Part shown: positions 1 through 10,033 of the stretch, piece after piece
Layout of the letters: the number at the start of each line of letters is the position of its first letter
Position numbering within the stretch: position 1 is the stretch's first letter
Source: a bacterium
GTDB lineage: Bacteria; Patescibacteriota; Minisyncoccia; Phycocordibacterales; UBA6899
Direction: 5' to 3'
Length of the DNA: 64,000 bases
NCBI GenBank assembly: GCA_043756865.1
Contig: JAYUQG010000030.1
Coordinates: 30,703 to 94,702 of the forward strand
The notes under the pieces: model-generated
Told to the model about the DNA's origin: nothing
Databases searched by the model: none
Seen by the model: only the letters and a program-made list of their open reading frames with translations
Made by a program: the position numbers and the translations under genes

Positions 1-129
1 CCCGATGGACACAATCAGCATAATGGCGGTAATACCTATCACAATACCGAGAACCGTAAGCCCAGAACGCACGCGGTTCGCCTGTACTGCGCGATATGCT
101 GTTTTTGTTGTGTAGTAGAAGGATGCCAT
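1..129 (-). CDS. ABC transporter permease, MacB/FtsX family (N-terminal part; runs off window)
   Basis: Manual translation MASFYYTTKTAYRAVQANRVRSGLTVLGIVIGITAIMLIVSIG matches the typical MacB permease N-terminus; lies directly downstream of the ABC ATPase. Confidence 0.85.
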   Translation of the reverse strand, partial: MASFYYTTKTAYRAVQANRVRSGLTVLGIVIGITAIMLIVSIG

Positions 130-139
130 AGTGTAGTGT

Positions 140-838
140 CTATAATTCTGGAATATGCTTTGCTTCGCCACGCCAAAAAATTGCCCCGTCTTTCATCATG
201 ATTGCTTTGTCTGCGCGCTTTGCTAAGTTGCGGTCGTGGGTAATCAACACAACAGTCTTGCCGCTCGCATGCAGTGACTCAAGCGTTTCCATTACGACCA
301 TCCCAGAATTCGAATCAAGATTCCCCGTTGGTTCATCCGCAAAAAGTATTTCAGGGTCTGTGACGAGTGCGCGAGCAATCGCAACGCGTTGCTTCTCCCC
401 CCCAGAAAGCTGAGCAGGCTCGTGCATCAAACGGTGAGTGAGGCCAACCAAATCTAAGCTTTTTTTGGCACGCTCATCCCATTCCTTGGGATTTATCTGC
501 GAATACGCGAGCGGAAGTTTTACGTTCTCAAGTACGGACGTACGTGGCAGCAAATTAAATGACTGGAAAACGAAGCTCATTACTTCGTTGCGCTGACGAG
601 CGAGTTCTTCTTCGGAAAATCCGCGAGTTTCTTTTCCATTGAGTAGATACAATCCGGTCGAATAATCATCGAGCAGTCCGAGAATCTGGAGTAAGGTAGA
701 TTTGCCCGAACCGGACGCACCGACAATGGCGAGAAAGTCCCCCTTCTCAATACTGAGGTCTACTTCGCGAAGTGCAATAGTGGGTGCATCTGTAGGAGGA
801 TAAATCTTGCCGAGCTGTGTAATTGAAATCAGCGACAT
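140..838 (-). CDS. ABC transporter ATP-binding protein (LolD/MacB-type)
   Basis: Walker A GASGSGKS, signature LSGGEKQR, Walker B ILFADEPTGNLD, H-loop ITHD. Confidence 0.95.
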   Translation of the reverse strand: MSLISITQLGKIYPPTDAPTIALREVDLSIEKGDFLAIVGASGSGKSTLLQILGLLDDYSTGLYLLNGKETRGFSEEELARQRNEVMSFVFQSFNLLPRTSVLENVKLPLAYSQINPKEWDERAKKSLDLVGLTHRLMHEPAQLSGGEKQRVAIARALVTDPEILFADEPTGNLDSNSGMVVMETLESLHASGKTVVLITHDRNLAKRADKAIMMKDGAIFWRGEAKHIPEL

Positions 839-846
839 GGTGCATT

Positions 847-2388
847 CTATTTGGGTGTGAATGTCACAATGGTCTCCCCTTCACTTAGTCCACTCATAAC
901 CTCTATCGAACCGTCCGAGCCCCGAAGACCTACAGTGACCTCTTTTTCCGACACTGCGAGGCCATTAGGAATCCTGACGTACTTTTTTCCGTCCCGAGTA
1001 ATCACCGTACGTGCTGAGACATAAATAACGTCGCTTCGCTCGTCAGTTGAAATATCAATATTGGCGGTCATGCCTGAACGAATGCGCCCGTCCTGAGTAT
1101 TGAAACGCAGCGTAACCTTGTATGTCGACACGCCTCCAATTATTGTCTCTGCGGGATCAAGCGATGCAACACTCGCGGGAAACATCGTGTCGGCACCATA
1201 TGCGTCGAGCGTCACTTGAGCATTATCTCCCACGGTGATTTTCGCCACATCAACTTCGGGGATATTTGCGGTAATCTTAAACGCCCCGTCACTCATCAGC
1301 GAAACGAGGGGCTGATTTGGCGCCACGGTCTCACCGAGCTTTGCGTCTTGTTTCGTTATCACACCTGAAAACGGTGCAAGTAAAACCCCTTTTGCTATTT
1401 GAGCATCATAGTTCACGATCTGTGCTCGGACCGATGCGATTTTGGCTTCCTGCGCACTCAGCGCATCCTCTGTTGGGCCGGCTTTCTTGAGCGCAAGATC
1501 TGCATCCGCAATGCGCAGTGCCGCAAATGCACTGCGATAGGATTGTTCGGCTGCGAGGAGGGCGGTGAGTGCGGCATTCATGTTGGTTCGTGCATGCGAA
1601 ACATCCAGCTTCCACGAGTCTATTGTTGCCTGTGTGTATGCCGAAGAAACATTGAGCGAGTTAACCGCAAATGCTAAATCATCGAGATGCTCCTTGAGGT
1701 GGCTAAAATAGGTCTTGTGTGCCGATATATATGTTTCAAAAGTAGTTCTTCGAAATGTGAGAAGTGTTTCCTGCTCGCCCGTGAGTCCAAGTCTTCATCC
1801 TTCGATGGTTGTCGTCAATTTAAAGTCAGCAACCGTAAAATTAAGTTTGGGGTTGCCTGTACGCGGGTTATCAAAAAAACGGTCTGTTTTCGTAAAGAGA
1901 CTCTCTTCTGAGACAGCGATTGCATTCTCCAGTTTGTCCTCGAGGGTAAGCTTCGCATCCGCCACCACCGAAGCGGCACTTACCTGCCTCGCTTCTGATA
2001 TGGCAACATCCTCTGGTCGTGAGCCTTTTTTAATTTCGTTTAAACGTATAAGCTCATACTCAAGGTTCGCTTTTGCTTGGCCTCGCAATGCAGCAATTTC
2101 ACTTATATCTAAACGCACAAGCGTGTCGCCCCTGCGTACGCGCGCGCCGACAGGACGAGGTTCGGAGGACACCCGCCCAGAGCGTTCGAATGAGAGGGCG
2201 ACTTCTGATTCAGATTCCACACGGCCTGTCACCGAGACAACTTGCACTACTTTCCCTTTTTGCACTACTGCCGTGTCATACGAGGGTGCAACTTCACGCT
2301 GTGTGTAATAGACCCCTCCGCCCACCAATCCAACAAGGATAAGGGTAAGAAATTTATGCTGACCGAGGCGAGTAAAAAGTGCGTTCAT
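847..2388 (-). pseudogene. Efflux periplasmic adaptor (MacA/HlyD-like), split by a stop/frameshift near 1700-1810
   Basis: N-half (1795-2388: TM anchor, VSVTGRVES, lipoyl half) and C-half (847-1581: APFSGVIT, IPEVDVAKITVG, GMTANIDI, VGLRG) are two parts of one protein in different frames; could be an assembly indel. Confidence 0.8.
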
Positions 2389-2444
2389 ATATACATTATG
2401 CCACAACATATCTGATAAATAAATCAGCGGAGTGTGGCGATTCG

Positions 2445-3203
2445 CTAGCTATTCAAAAAGGTGGCGATGCGCGTACGAAGTCTTTTGTCGAGCATAAATG
2501 AGCTCGAAAGGTGTCCGCCTGTCTTGTACTCCGCGTATGTTGCGCGAATCATCTTTGCGAGTTTTTTTGTTGGGAGATAGGAAACGGAAGGGTCGTCTTT
2601 AGCATGCACCAGAAAAATCTTTTTGCCGTTTAATTTGTGCACCCAGTCAATCGGGTTATAAAATCGTTTCCTGAGTAGTTTCTTAAAGTTTTTTGCTTGT
2701 GTACGATATGCTCCTGGAAATCCCGCGGTTAATTGATACACAAACTCTTCAAACGGCTCGGCCTTTGTCTCAATACTCCAATCTACAACAGGAGCGACTG
2801 CGACAACTTTTGTTACCAGCGGATTTCGTGCTGCAAGTATCGCCGCAGCGCCGCCAAAGCTCGCTCCAACCACAACCACTTCGTGAAGTTCCAAGAAATA
2901 CGTTATTCCTGAATACACATCTTGAAATCCTTGAGGAATCGCAGAAATAACGTCGTCGACATCTTGCGCGGGGCTATACTTCAAAAACTCACCTTGTGAT
3001 TCCCATGTCCCTCGGTAGCGCATATGAAAAACCCAATACCCTTTGCGCACAAAATATTCCGCAAGCTTGCGCTTCGCGGGCATCGCGGGTGCACCGTCAC
3101 AAATGATTATCGCCCTGCCAGATGGCCTACGCGGTATCCAATACTCGGCAATAATCTCTCCACAAAGTAGCGTACGTCCGGATTGTAGTGGTGCTCTAGT
3201 CAT
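2445..3203 (-). CDS. Alpha/beta hydrolase (peptidase S9-like)
   Basis: Nucleophile elbow GASFG, HAKDDPSV Asp, C-terminal GGH His; start moved to MTRAP, which overlaps the ndh stop. Confidence 0.85.
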   Translation of the reverse strand: MTRAPLQSGRTLLCGEIIAEYWIPRRPSGRAIIICDGAPAMPAKRKLAEYFVRKGYWVFHMRYRGTWESQGEFLKYSPAQDVDDVISAIPQGFQDVYSGITYFLELHEVVVVGASFGGAAAILAARNPLVTKVVAVAPVVDWSIETKAEPFEEFVYQLTAGFPGAYRTQAKNFKKLLRKRFYNPIDWVHKLNGKKIFLVHAKDDPSVSYLPTKKLAKMIRATYAEYKTGGHLSSSFMLDKRLRTRIATFLNS

Positions 3204-4446
3204 GTGCGTGAGGAGACTCAACTGAACAGACGGAACAGGTGTCACAAATGCTTTGGCCATTCTTGAAGGCCTTCCATGCTTTCGGAAATGGGAGTATCGC
3301 CATAAATATGTGCAGGTCTTCAAGGCGGCGGAGCCACCACCCGATGCGTCCGTAAAATTTCATTCCACCCCAAAGCACGCCCGCCCACTCGGGGCCTGCA
3401 GGAATTGCATTAATCGGCATCGTCGGGGCGTATGCAGGAAGTGCCGTGTCCGTCAGAATCGTGCGTGCAATCACCTCTCCTGCGTGCTTGCCATCGTACA
3501 TGGCAGTTTGTGCCCAGCCGGAGAATTTTGTCGCTGCGCCATCGCCAACAACAAACACCTGTGGGGTATCCTTGAGGCGAAGATGCTCGTCTACTTCCAC
3601 CTTGCCACGCTTATCTATAGGGAGTTTCCAGTTCTCGTAATGCATATTTGCGCGTACACCGGCAGTCCAAATAACTGTACGTGCCCGCATCTTCATGTCT
3701 TTGAGAAACACCTCTTCACATTCTGCACGCTCAATTGAGCGATTGAGGAAAATATTGATACCGAGGCCACGCAAATGATGCTCAATGCGGTCGGTGAATT
3801 CCTTTGGGAGTGCAGGGAGAATCTTCGGTGCTCCTTCGATAAGTTCGACAGAAACGAGTGCTGGGTCGATACCGTATTCATTCGCAAGTGCGCGTGCGTA
3901 TACAATGAGCTGCCCCGCCATTTCTACACCTGTCGCGCCTGCCCCGATGACCACAAAATGTGCGTCACAAATCTGCTCGACTTTGTTAGTGAAATCTATT
4001 TTGCAGGTGAGCAGCGTTTCGGTAATATGCTGTTTCAGTCTCAATGCTTCGGTAATCGACTTCATACCATAGGAATACTCCTTCAAGCCGGGAATATTAA
4101 AATAGTTTGTCTCGGAGCCAAGTCCGAGAATTAGATAGTCATAGTGATACCGAGAGCCGGATGAGCCAACAAGGGTCTGATTTTCTCTTTGTAGTTCAGT
4201 AATGCGATCTTCAATTACTTCGACATGCTTTCCTTCAAAAATCTCGCGCAGTGGGATGCATACTTCGAGCGGTGAGCTTCCTGTGACAAGGCGATAGAGC
4301 GCGGCGTGGTATTCAAAGTGCGGCTTATCTGCGACAAGAACAATCTTTGTATTAGAAAGCCGCTTCTTTTCGAGATGGAGTGCGGCGGTAATACCTGCAA
4401 ATCCTCCCCCGGCAATAACGATGCGCTTTTGTGTGTCAGTTGTCAT
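3196..4446 (-). CDS. ndh: Type II NADH dehydrogenase-like FAD oxidoreductase
   Basis: GGGFAG FAD motif, GAGATGVEMAG NADH motif, WTAGV, VFVVGD, AQTA. Confidence 0.85.
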   Translation of the reverse strand: MTTDTQKRIVIAGGGFAGITAALHLEKKRLSNTKIVLVADKPHFEYHAALYRLVTGSSPLEVCIPLREIFEGKHVEVIEDRITELQRENQTLVGSSGSRYHYDYLILGLGSETNYFNIPGLKEYSYGMKSITEALRLKQHITETLLTCKIDFTNKVEQICDAHFVVIGAGATGVEMAGQLIVYARALANEYGIDPALVSVELIEGAPKILPALPKEFTDRIEHHLRGLGINIFLNRSIERAECEEVFLKDMKMRARTVIWTAGVRANMHYENWKLPIDKRGKVEVDEHLRLKDTPQVFVVGDGAATKFSGWAQTAMYDGKHAGEVIARTILTDTALPAYAPTMPINAIPAGPEWAGVLWGGMKFYGRIGWWLRRLEDLHIFMAILPFPKAWKAFKNGQSICDTCSVCSVESPHAHD

Positions 4447-4988
4447 TGTGTGCGTCGCATTCCTGCGTACATCACAATGATAATCCAGATAAATGCATTC
4501 AGAGCGATCATGGGAATTGTAATGTAGCCGTATTCGAGCATATATATTTTATCACAAGATGGAAGCAAGGAGACGGCCGGACAAGGGATATTAACGTCCC
4601 CATAGAGTGCAAGCATGTCTTTTATCCATTGATAGAGCGCGACTCCCCCGCCGAGCACCGAAAGGAGGAGTGCGTACACCATAATCATGCGTTCCTTGCG
4701 CCAGAGTGCGAGACCAAAAAGAAACATCTGCGGATACATAAAAATGCGCTGTATCCAACAAAGGATGCATGCGGGAAAGCCAACAACTTCAGAGTAAATT
4801 AAGCTGCCTATGGTGGAGCCTCCTGAAATGAACAACCCAAGCCAAAGAGACCACTTCCCAAGAAAGGCCATGGCGCGATCATGTAGCGGGCGGGACAACA
4901 CGTATGACAACAAAAATGCTAGAGCGAAGACATTCCCGAAGAGTGTCGTTAGCGCAAGTGCTTTTGTAAAAAGATATGGTATGTCCAT
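4443..4988 (-). CDS. dsbB: Disulfide bond formation protein, DsbB/BdbC family
   Basis: GSLIYSE..PACILCWIQRIFMYP motif, second Cys pair, 4 TM segments, YITIPMIAL. Confidence 0.85.
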   Translation of the reverse strand: MDIPYLFTKALALTTLFGNVFALAFLLSYVLSRPLHDRAMAFLGKWSLWLGLFISGGSTIGSLIYSEVVGFPACILCWIQRIFMYPQMFLFGLALWRKERMIMVYALLLSVLGGGVALYQWIKDMLALYGDVNIPCPAVSLLPSCDKIYMLEYGYITIPMIALNAFIWIIIVMYAGMRRTQ

Positions 4989-4995
4989 ACCGCTA

Positions 4996-5490
4996 TTAAA
5001 TGGGGCTGGGTACAGTCATATCAGGAGCAGCCTCGAGTGGAACTGTGGCACTTGTCGAAGCGGTGACTGAGGTGCCGTCAGTCGGCTTGGTGGGGTCTGC
5101 GCACCCGCTTTTTTCTGCAAGCGTACTGAATGTCTGCACACCGGTTGTCCTTGTCCCATCTTTGAATTCCCATGTTGGATAGCTTTCTACCTTCTTGCTC
5201 GCGCAGACCGCATTCTGTCCTTTCCCGTCAGCGGTCGAACACTCAACATACGGCAGCACGGAAACGGCTGAACCAAAATTTTCCTTTTGTTGTTTGCAAT
5301 GTACACACCAAAATGCGCCATAAAATGTCGCACCGCTGTCCTTCAAACACTGCGCGAGCGGAAGTGCACCCTCTGGCGCATTCTTCGATGAGGCACCTCC
5401 CGAAGTTGTGCCGCCGCTCAGCGCGAACATAATCCCTCCTACAATAAGAAGTAATAATACTACTCCACCGATGATTCCTTTGTCATTCAT
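4996..5490 (-). CDS. Membrane-anchored thioredoxin-fold protein (VKOR-associated Trx-like)
   Basis: N-terminal TM; FYGAFWCVHC..QK..FG, YVEC and YPTW motifs. Confidence 0.8.
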   Translation of the reverse strand: MNDKGIIGGVVLLLLIVGGIMFALSGGTTSGGASSKNAPEGALPLAQCLKDSGATFYGAFWCVHCKQQKENFGSAVSVLPYVECSTADGKGQNAVCASKKVESYPTWEFKDGTRTTGVQTFSTLAEKSGCADPTKPTDGTSVTASTSATVPLEAAPDMTVPSPI

Positions 5491-5510
5491 ATAGATTGGT
5501 AAATCCTTAA

Positions 5511-6557
5511 TTAATCAAGTTTATGCTTAAATACCACATCTCCCTTTTTCTCATGTGCAAGAAAGTTAAAGAATTGCTTCTCATTCAAGAAAGAACGATC
5601 GTAATAGTATATCAAAAACGGACTTGCAAGTTTCGAAGGATAGATAATCCACGCTTCTTTGTTCGTCTCATGTGCCTCACGCAACTCGTTCACCACCCCT
5701 GGACTGGCAGTGGGCTTAGGAAAGAACACAATAATTCTTTTTGATTGATGCAAGAGTATGTCGAGGTCAACTTTTACCGTTTGATATGTATTTGTGTACT
5801 CTGTATGATTTTTCTTTGAAAGCACCTGATTGGTGTCGGGGAATTTCCCCTTGGTAATCATTGGCACAAACACGACAAAGTACTCTTCAAGTTTCTTGAT
5901 AAAGTTATCAATTTTTTTTCTGTTTGGGCCATCCATCATGTGGGTCATCGGCATCGATATGTAGGTGGAATCCATTTCAGGGATAAATGCAAGCTTGAAA
6001 AGCGTGCACATGCGCTGTTTGTCGTAAAACCCATAGTATGGGCACTTCGAAAGTTCCGCCCACGTGGGGATTACTTCTGTCTCTACGTTCTGCCAGAGCG
6101 AAACCTCGGATTCGGTAAGGCGCTCGCGTTTCCACTGATCACGAGTACTAAGCTCCTGCACAATATCTACAGGATCACGCATAATGGTGATAAACATATC
6201 AGGCTTAAATCGCGTGATGAAATGGTGGTCGAATGAATGATGAAATGTTTTTTTCCAATAAAAAAACCCGTGGATTGAAACAACGATCAAATCGTAATTT
6301 TTATGATCATCCTTAAAACCTCGTAGCACACTTTCGTACACCCCACTGCGCAGTGCCTGCATCGTATGCTTATTGGTATTCAAAATATTCTTGGGAGTAA
6401 TATTCAGTCCATCACGCTTTGCGCGTTCAAGCATAAGTTGCCCCACATGATATACCTTTACTTTTTTTCCTAACTTTTTTGAATACTCAGCAAACCTGTC
6501 AAGATATTCTTTTCTTCCCGACCCTGATATCCCCGTACAAATGATGACTTTAGCCAT
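5511..6557 (-). CDS. P-loop NMP-kinase-like protein fused to a nucleoside deoxyribosyltransferase-like domain
   Basis: N-terminal IICTGISGSGRK; C-terminal YISMPM...SPGVVNELREAHETNKEAWII resembles the NDT-type S-x-G-x3-E motif. Confidence 0.6.
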   Translation of the reverse strand: MAKVIICTGISGSGRKEYLDRFAEYSKKLGKKVKVYHVGQLMLERAKRDGLNITPKNILNTNKHTMQALRSGVYESVLRGFKDDHKNYDLIVVSIHGFFYWKKTFHHSFDHHFITRFKPDMFITIMRDPVDIVQELSTRDQWKRERLTESEVSLWQNVETEVIPTWAELSKCPYYGFYDKQRMCTLFKLAFIPEMDSTYISMPMTHMMDGPNRKKIDNFIKKLEEYFVVFVPMITKGKFPDTNQVLSKKNHTEYTNTYQTVKVDLDILLHQSKRIIVFFPKPTASPGVVNELREAHETNKEAWIIYPSKLASPFLIYYYDRSFLNEKQFFNFLAHEKKGDVVFKHKLD

Positions 6558-6788
6558 ATGTATTCAGCGTATACCAAAGGTTGGAGCGGGTCAAAAAATC
6601 TCCCAATACTTTATTGCAAATGCGCATTTCCGTCTCTGTGCGCACGTTCAATTTTCCAAAACTTCATAATTCCTTACGATATTGTGGAGCCAGCGGGCAC
6701 TCAAACTTGTCACATAGCACATAAACACAACATTAAATATTTAGTGTCAAATCTACCAATTTTTATAAGCATGATATACTTTAAACCT

Positions 6789-7175
6789 ATGGCAGAACAC
6801 AAAATACTTATCGTTGAAGACAGCGAATCACTCCGCAAAGTCCTTTCAGAAAAGCTCCGTGATGAAAAATTTGAGGTCATTGAAGCAAGTGGGGGCGAAG
6901 ATGGCGCGAAGACTGCTGAGACTGCACGCCCCGACATGATCATCACCGATATTGTGATGTTCCCTGTTGATGGACTCGAGATGGCAAAACAAATCCGACA
7001 GTCAGGAACGTGGGGGGCGGGAGTGCACATTATTGCCCTCACAAACCAAAACAGTGCAGAAGAGGAGCAGCGACTCGCCGGACTCAATCTTACTGCATAT
7101 CTCGTCAAAGCAGAGACTGGTCTTGATGAAGTAGTAAAACATGTAAAGGAGGTGCTCAAGGAAAAAAAGAAATAA
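6789..7175 (+). CDS. Single-domain response regulator (receiver)
   Basis: ILIVEDS, PDMIITDIVMFPVDG, LTN, YLVK. Confidence 0.9.
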   Translation: MAEHKILIVEDSESLRKVLSEKLRDEKFEVIEASGGEDGAKTAETARPDMIITDIVMFPVDGLEMAKQIRQSGTWGAGVHIIALTNQNSAEEEQRLAGLNLTAYLVKAETGLDEVVKHVKEVLKEKKK

Positions 7176-7182
7176 CCACCGT

Positions 7183-7572
7183 ATGGAAAAAGACAAAAAA
7201 ACCATTCTTATTGTTGAAGATGACCTTGCACTCCGAAAGGTGCTCGTTGACAAACTCACCGATGAAGGGTTTGACGTACTGGAAGCACAAGATGGAATAC
7301 AAGGACTCAAACAGGCGACCGAAAAACATCCTGAGCTTATTTTGCTTGATATTTTTATGCCAAACATGGATGGAATCACCATGCTCTCCAAACTAAGAAG
7401 TCTCGATGCGTGGGGAAAACACATCTCTGTTATTGTGCTCACCAACTCCACAGACGCACAAACAATTGCAAAAGTCTCAGGGTTTGGTGGAACTGACTTT
7501 CTTATAAAATCTGAGTGGTCTCTCGAAGCACTCGTTGCGAGAATTCGAGAACGCCTAGCTCCGCACGAGTAA
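7183..7572 (+). CDS. Single-domain response regulator (receiver)
   Basis: ILIVEDD, LLDIFMPNMDG, LTN, DFLIK. Confidence 0.9.
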   Translation: MEKDKKTILIVEDDLALRKVLVDKLTDEGFDVLEAQDGIQGLKQATEKHPELILLDIFMPNMDGITMLSKLRSLDAWGKHISVIVLTNSTDAQTIAKVSGFGGTDFLIKSEWSLEALVARIRERLAPHE

Positions 7573-7595
7573 GAGGGGGATTCCATTCACCCCCC

Positions 7596-8093
7596 ATGAA
7601 CTACTGGCTAATGAAAAGCGAGCCGCAACCAAATGCGGAAGGTCGCTTATTGCACGACAGACCCGAGGAATATCTTTCTATAGATGACCTTCGTGTTATA
7701 AAACGTGCACCATGGATTGGTGTGCGTGGTTACGCTGCGCGCAATTTCATGCGAGACGATATGCAAATAGGTGACCTTATCATCTTTTACCACTCGAGTG
7801 CATCACCGTCCGGCCCCGCAGGTGTTGCGATGGTCTGCTCTCTATCCTACCCCGACTTTACGCAATTTGATAAGCATTCGAAATATTTTGATATCAAAGC
7901 GACCCCAGAAAAACCTCTATGGTACATGGTTGATGTTGAATTTGTAGAACAATTTGCACGCACCATTTCTCGTGAAGTACTTCGTGCGGTGCCACAGCTC
8001 GCAGACATGAAGCTTTGGAAACAACCTCGACTCTCAATATCAGATATCACAAAAAGTGAATTCGAAAAGATTGTTGCGCTTGGTAAAAATTAA
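7596..8093 (+). CDS. EVE domain protein
   Basis: MNYWLMKSEP, W.GVR.Y.ARNFMR, GD.I.FYHS, W.MVDV, RLSI. Confidence 0.92.
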   Translation: MNYWLMKSEPQPNAEGRLLHDRPEEYLSIDDLRVIKRAPWIGVRGYAARNFMRDDMQIGDLIIFYHSSASPSGPAGVAMVCSLSYPDFTQFDKHSKYFDIKATPEKPLWYMVDVEFVEQFARTISREVLRAVPQLADMKLWKQPRLSISDITKSEFEKIVALGKN

Positions 8094-8136
8094 ATCAATA
8101 ACAGCACACTCTGTAGTTGTAATTCAGCAAATTTTT

Positions 8137-8793
8137 CTATTCGGGAACTATTCCAAATTTTTCAACGAGCGTGCACAGGTCTTCAATTGTTTGCTGAAGC
8201 ACCACAGGCTCCACGTAAACGTTGGTCTGCGCATAGTACCTCATAATTTGGGGGTGGCGCACTATAAACTCTCTGCTCATGTGTATTTCTTTTCCTGAAC
8301 GGAAATATGATGACTCTTTAAGAAAATATTTTGAAATTTTTTGAGCCAAATCATCGTTCTGCATGAGCACACTTTCTATGCGCTCCAGAAACTGCTCATC
8401 ACTTGAACCAATGAGTAGATTTACTCCTCCTATCATCAAATTCTTACGATGATTTTTTGCCCGAAGATTCCAGTCAAACTGAAACTTTGTCGCCTCAGCA
8501 TTCGCAATAAGGAATTCAGCTGGGGAACGGACTTTTGCCCACAACACTGGGGTTTTCAGAATAAACCCATATGAGATCGCACCACTGCCTTGAATCTTAT
8601 AATGAAAATCATAGCCACGCGCGCGAAATTGTAATCCAGATTCTAAGCACGAGTAGCTTGCATTAAAATGAGTTTGCAGTTTTTGTAATGCACTCTTTGT
8701 TTGAATACATAAGTACCACATTAATACAAAACCTATGCCGAGTAAAAACATGGCCCCCCATGGTGAAACTAAAAAATCGAGTGTTGCTAGCAT
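8137..8793 (-). CDS. Hypothetical membrane-anchored protein
   Basis: 218-aa AT-rich ORF with an N-terminal TM helix; no recognisable motif. Confidence 0.65.
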   Translation of the reverse strand: MLATLDFLVSPWGAMFLLGIGFVLMWYLCIQTKSALQKLQTHFNASYSCLESGLQFRARGYDFHYKIQGSGAISYGFILKTPVLWAKVRSPAEFLIANAEATKFQFDWNLRAKNHRKNLMIGGVNLLIGSSDEQFLERIESVLMQNDDLAQKISKYFLKESSYFRSGKEIHMSREFIVRHPQIMRYYAQTNVYVEPVVLQQTIEDLCTLVEKFGIVPE

Positions 8794-9024
8794 GGCATAA
8801 TTATTATGATACTGAAATTATACACAAATCTTTCTAGGAGCATAACGCTCAAACAATGCGCAACTTGCAATTTTTTCACAAATGAATAGCCGCGTCTCGT
8901 GAGAGAACGCGGCATCTTCCTTTGGCCCAAACGGGAAAAAGAAACTACAAACAGAACGGGGCTGTTTCAATTCTACACCTAAGTGAGGATAAGCGCAACA
9001 GTGCTTTCGGTGTACAATGTAACC

Positions 9025-9441
9025 ATGATACAGGTTGCAGGTGGAGTAGTATGGAACCCCAAATTGGGCATTGCTGTCGTGAGTCAAAACCACGATTCTT
9101 GGTCACTTCCCAAGGGGCACGTAGAGGACGGAGAAAGCACACTAGAGGCTGCTAGACGCGAAATAGAGGAAGAAACGGGCATTCCCCACACCGCACTGAC
9201 ATTGGTGAGAGAAATCGCTAGTTATGAGCGTGCGCGCATAAAAAGACATCATAAAGATACGCCTGAAATGCGCCATATTACTCTCTTTTTCTTCACCACA
9301 GGCCATGAAACCCTCGCACCAACAGACTCCATTAACCCCGAAGCCCGGTGGGTGGATCCAAAAGATGTCCCCTCTTTTTTGACCCATCCTATTGATAAAA
9401 AAGAATTCGAGCGTATCATTCAGCTAGATTTATTTCGCTAA
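9025..9441 (+). CDS. NUDIX hydrolase
   Basis: Nudix box PKGHVEDGESTLEAARREIEEETG. Confidence 0.93.
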   Translation: MIQVAGGVVWNPKLGIAVVSQNHDSWSLPKGHVEDGESTLEAARREIEEETGIPHTALTLVREIASYERARIKRHHKDTPEMRHITLFFFTTGHETLAPTDSINPEARWVDPKDVPSFLTHPIDKKEFERIIQLDLFR

Positions 9442-9472
9442 AAAAGGATACCTACAAACGTAGGGAAAAATC

Positions 9473-9994
9473 ATGCCCCCCACCGGTGAAGAACAAAATC
9501 ATGTTCAGTACGCAATGCTCGAGAACGAACTTGCTGCGCAAATGGCCGATGCGGAGCTTTTTGTACGTACGCTCGAAGATCGCGCAAAGGAAGAAGGTCG
9601 CGTACTTACGGGCGACGAGCGTAATCTCGCGCAAAAAATTCTGAATGCTCCCGCAGAGAGGGTTATTCCAATGGAAAGCGCGAAACTGCGCTCTTTCCTT
9701 AACCACATCGAGCCAAAGGAGTGGGCAAGATTTAATACTCTAGCGGCGGCCGTTGCAGAAGACCGTGAGGACGAGGCTGAGGTTGCATACTTTGTTGACC
9801 TCTACCACAATTTCTGTGCTGAATATGATGAATGGGTTAAAAGCTGGATTGGCACACTCGATCCCGATACCCTCACCGCATTGAGCGACGCATTGGCGGA
9901 CAAGGACAATCCGGAAGCACTTGTAACCGTCCAGCATATCACCGAGTCGCTTGTACTACGCAGAGAACGCCAGATTGACCGCATCGAAGAATAG
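9473..9994 (+). CDS. Hypothetical acidic helical protein
   Basis: 173-aa ORF followed by a terminator. Confidence 0.7.
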   Translation: MPPTGEEQNHVQYAMLENELAAQMADAELFVRTLEDRAKEEGRVLTGDERNLAQKILNAPAERVIPMESAKLRSFLNHIEPKEWARFNTLAAAVAEDREDEAEVAYFVDLYHNFCAEYDEWVKSWIGTLDPDTLTALSDALADKDNPEALVTVQHITESLVLRRERQIDRIEE

Positions 9995-10002
9995 CCAAGA
10001 AC

Positions 10003-10030
10003 AAAAACCACCCAAGTGGGTGGTTTTTTT
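10003..10030. terminator. Bidirectional intrinsic terminator
   Basis: AAAAACCACCC-AAGT-GGGTGGTTTTTTT between convergent genes. Confidence 0.8.
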
Positions 10031-10033
10031 GTA

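Noticed and set aside
1795-1797. UGA read-through (genetic code 25) to explain the split adaptor
   Set aside because: Read-through hits TAG 30 codons later and a frame change is still needed; other genes use TGA as stop in ATGA overlaps
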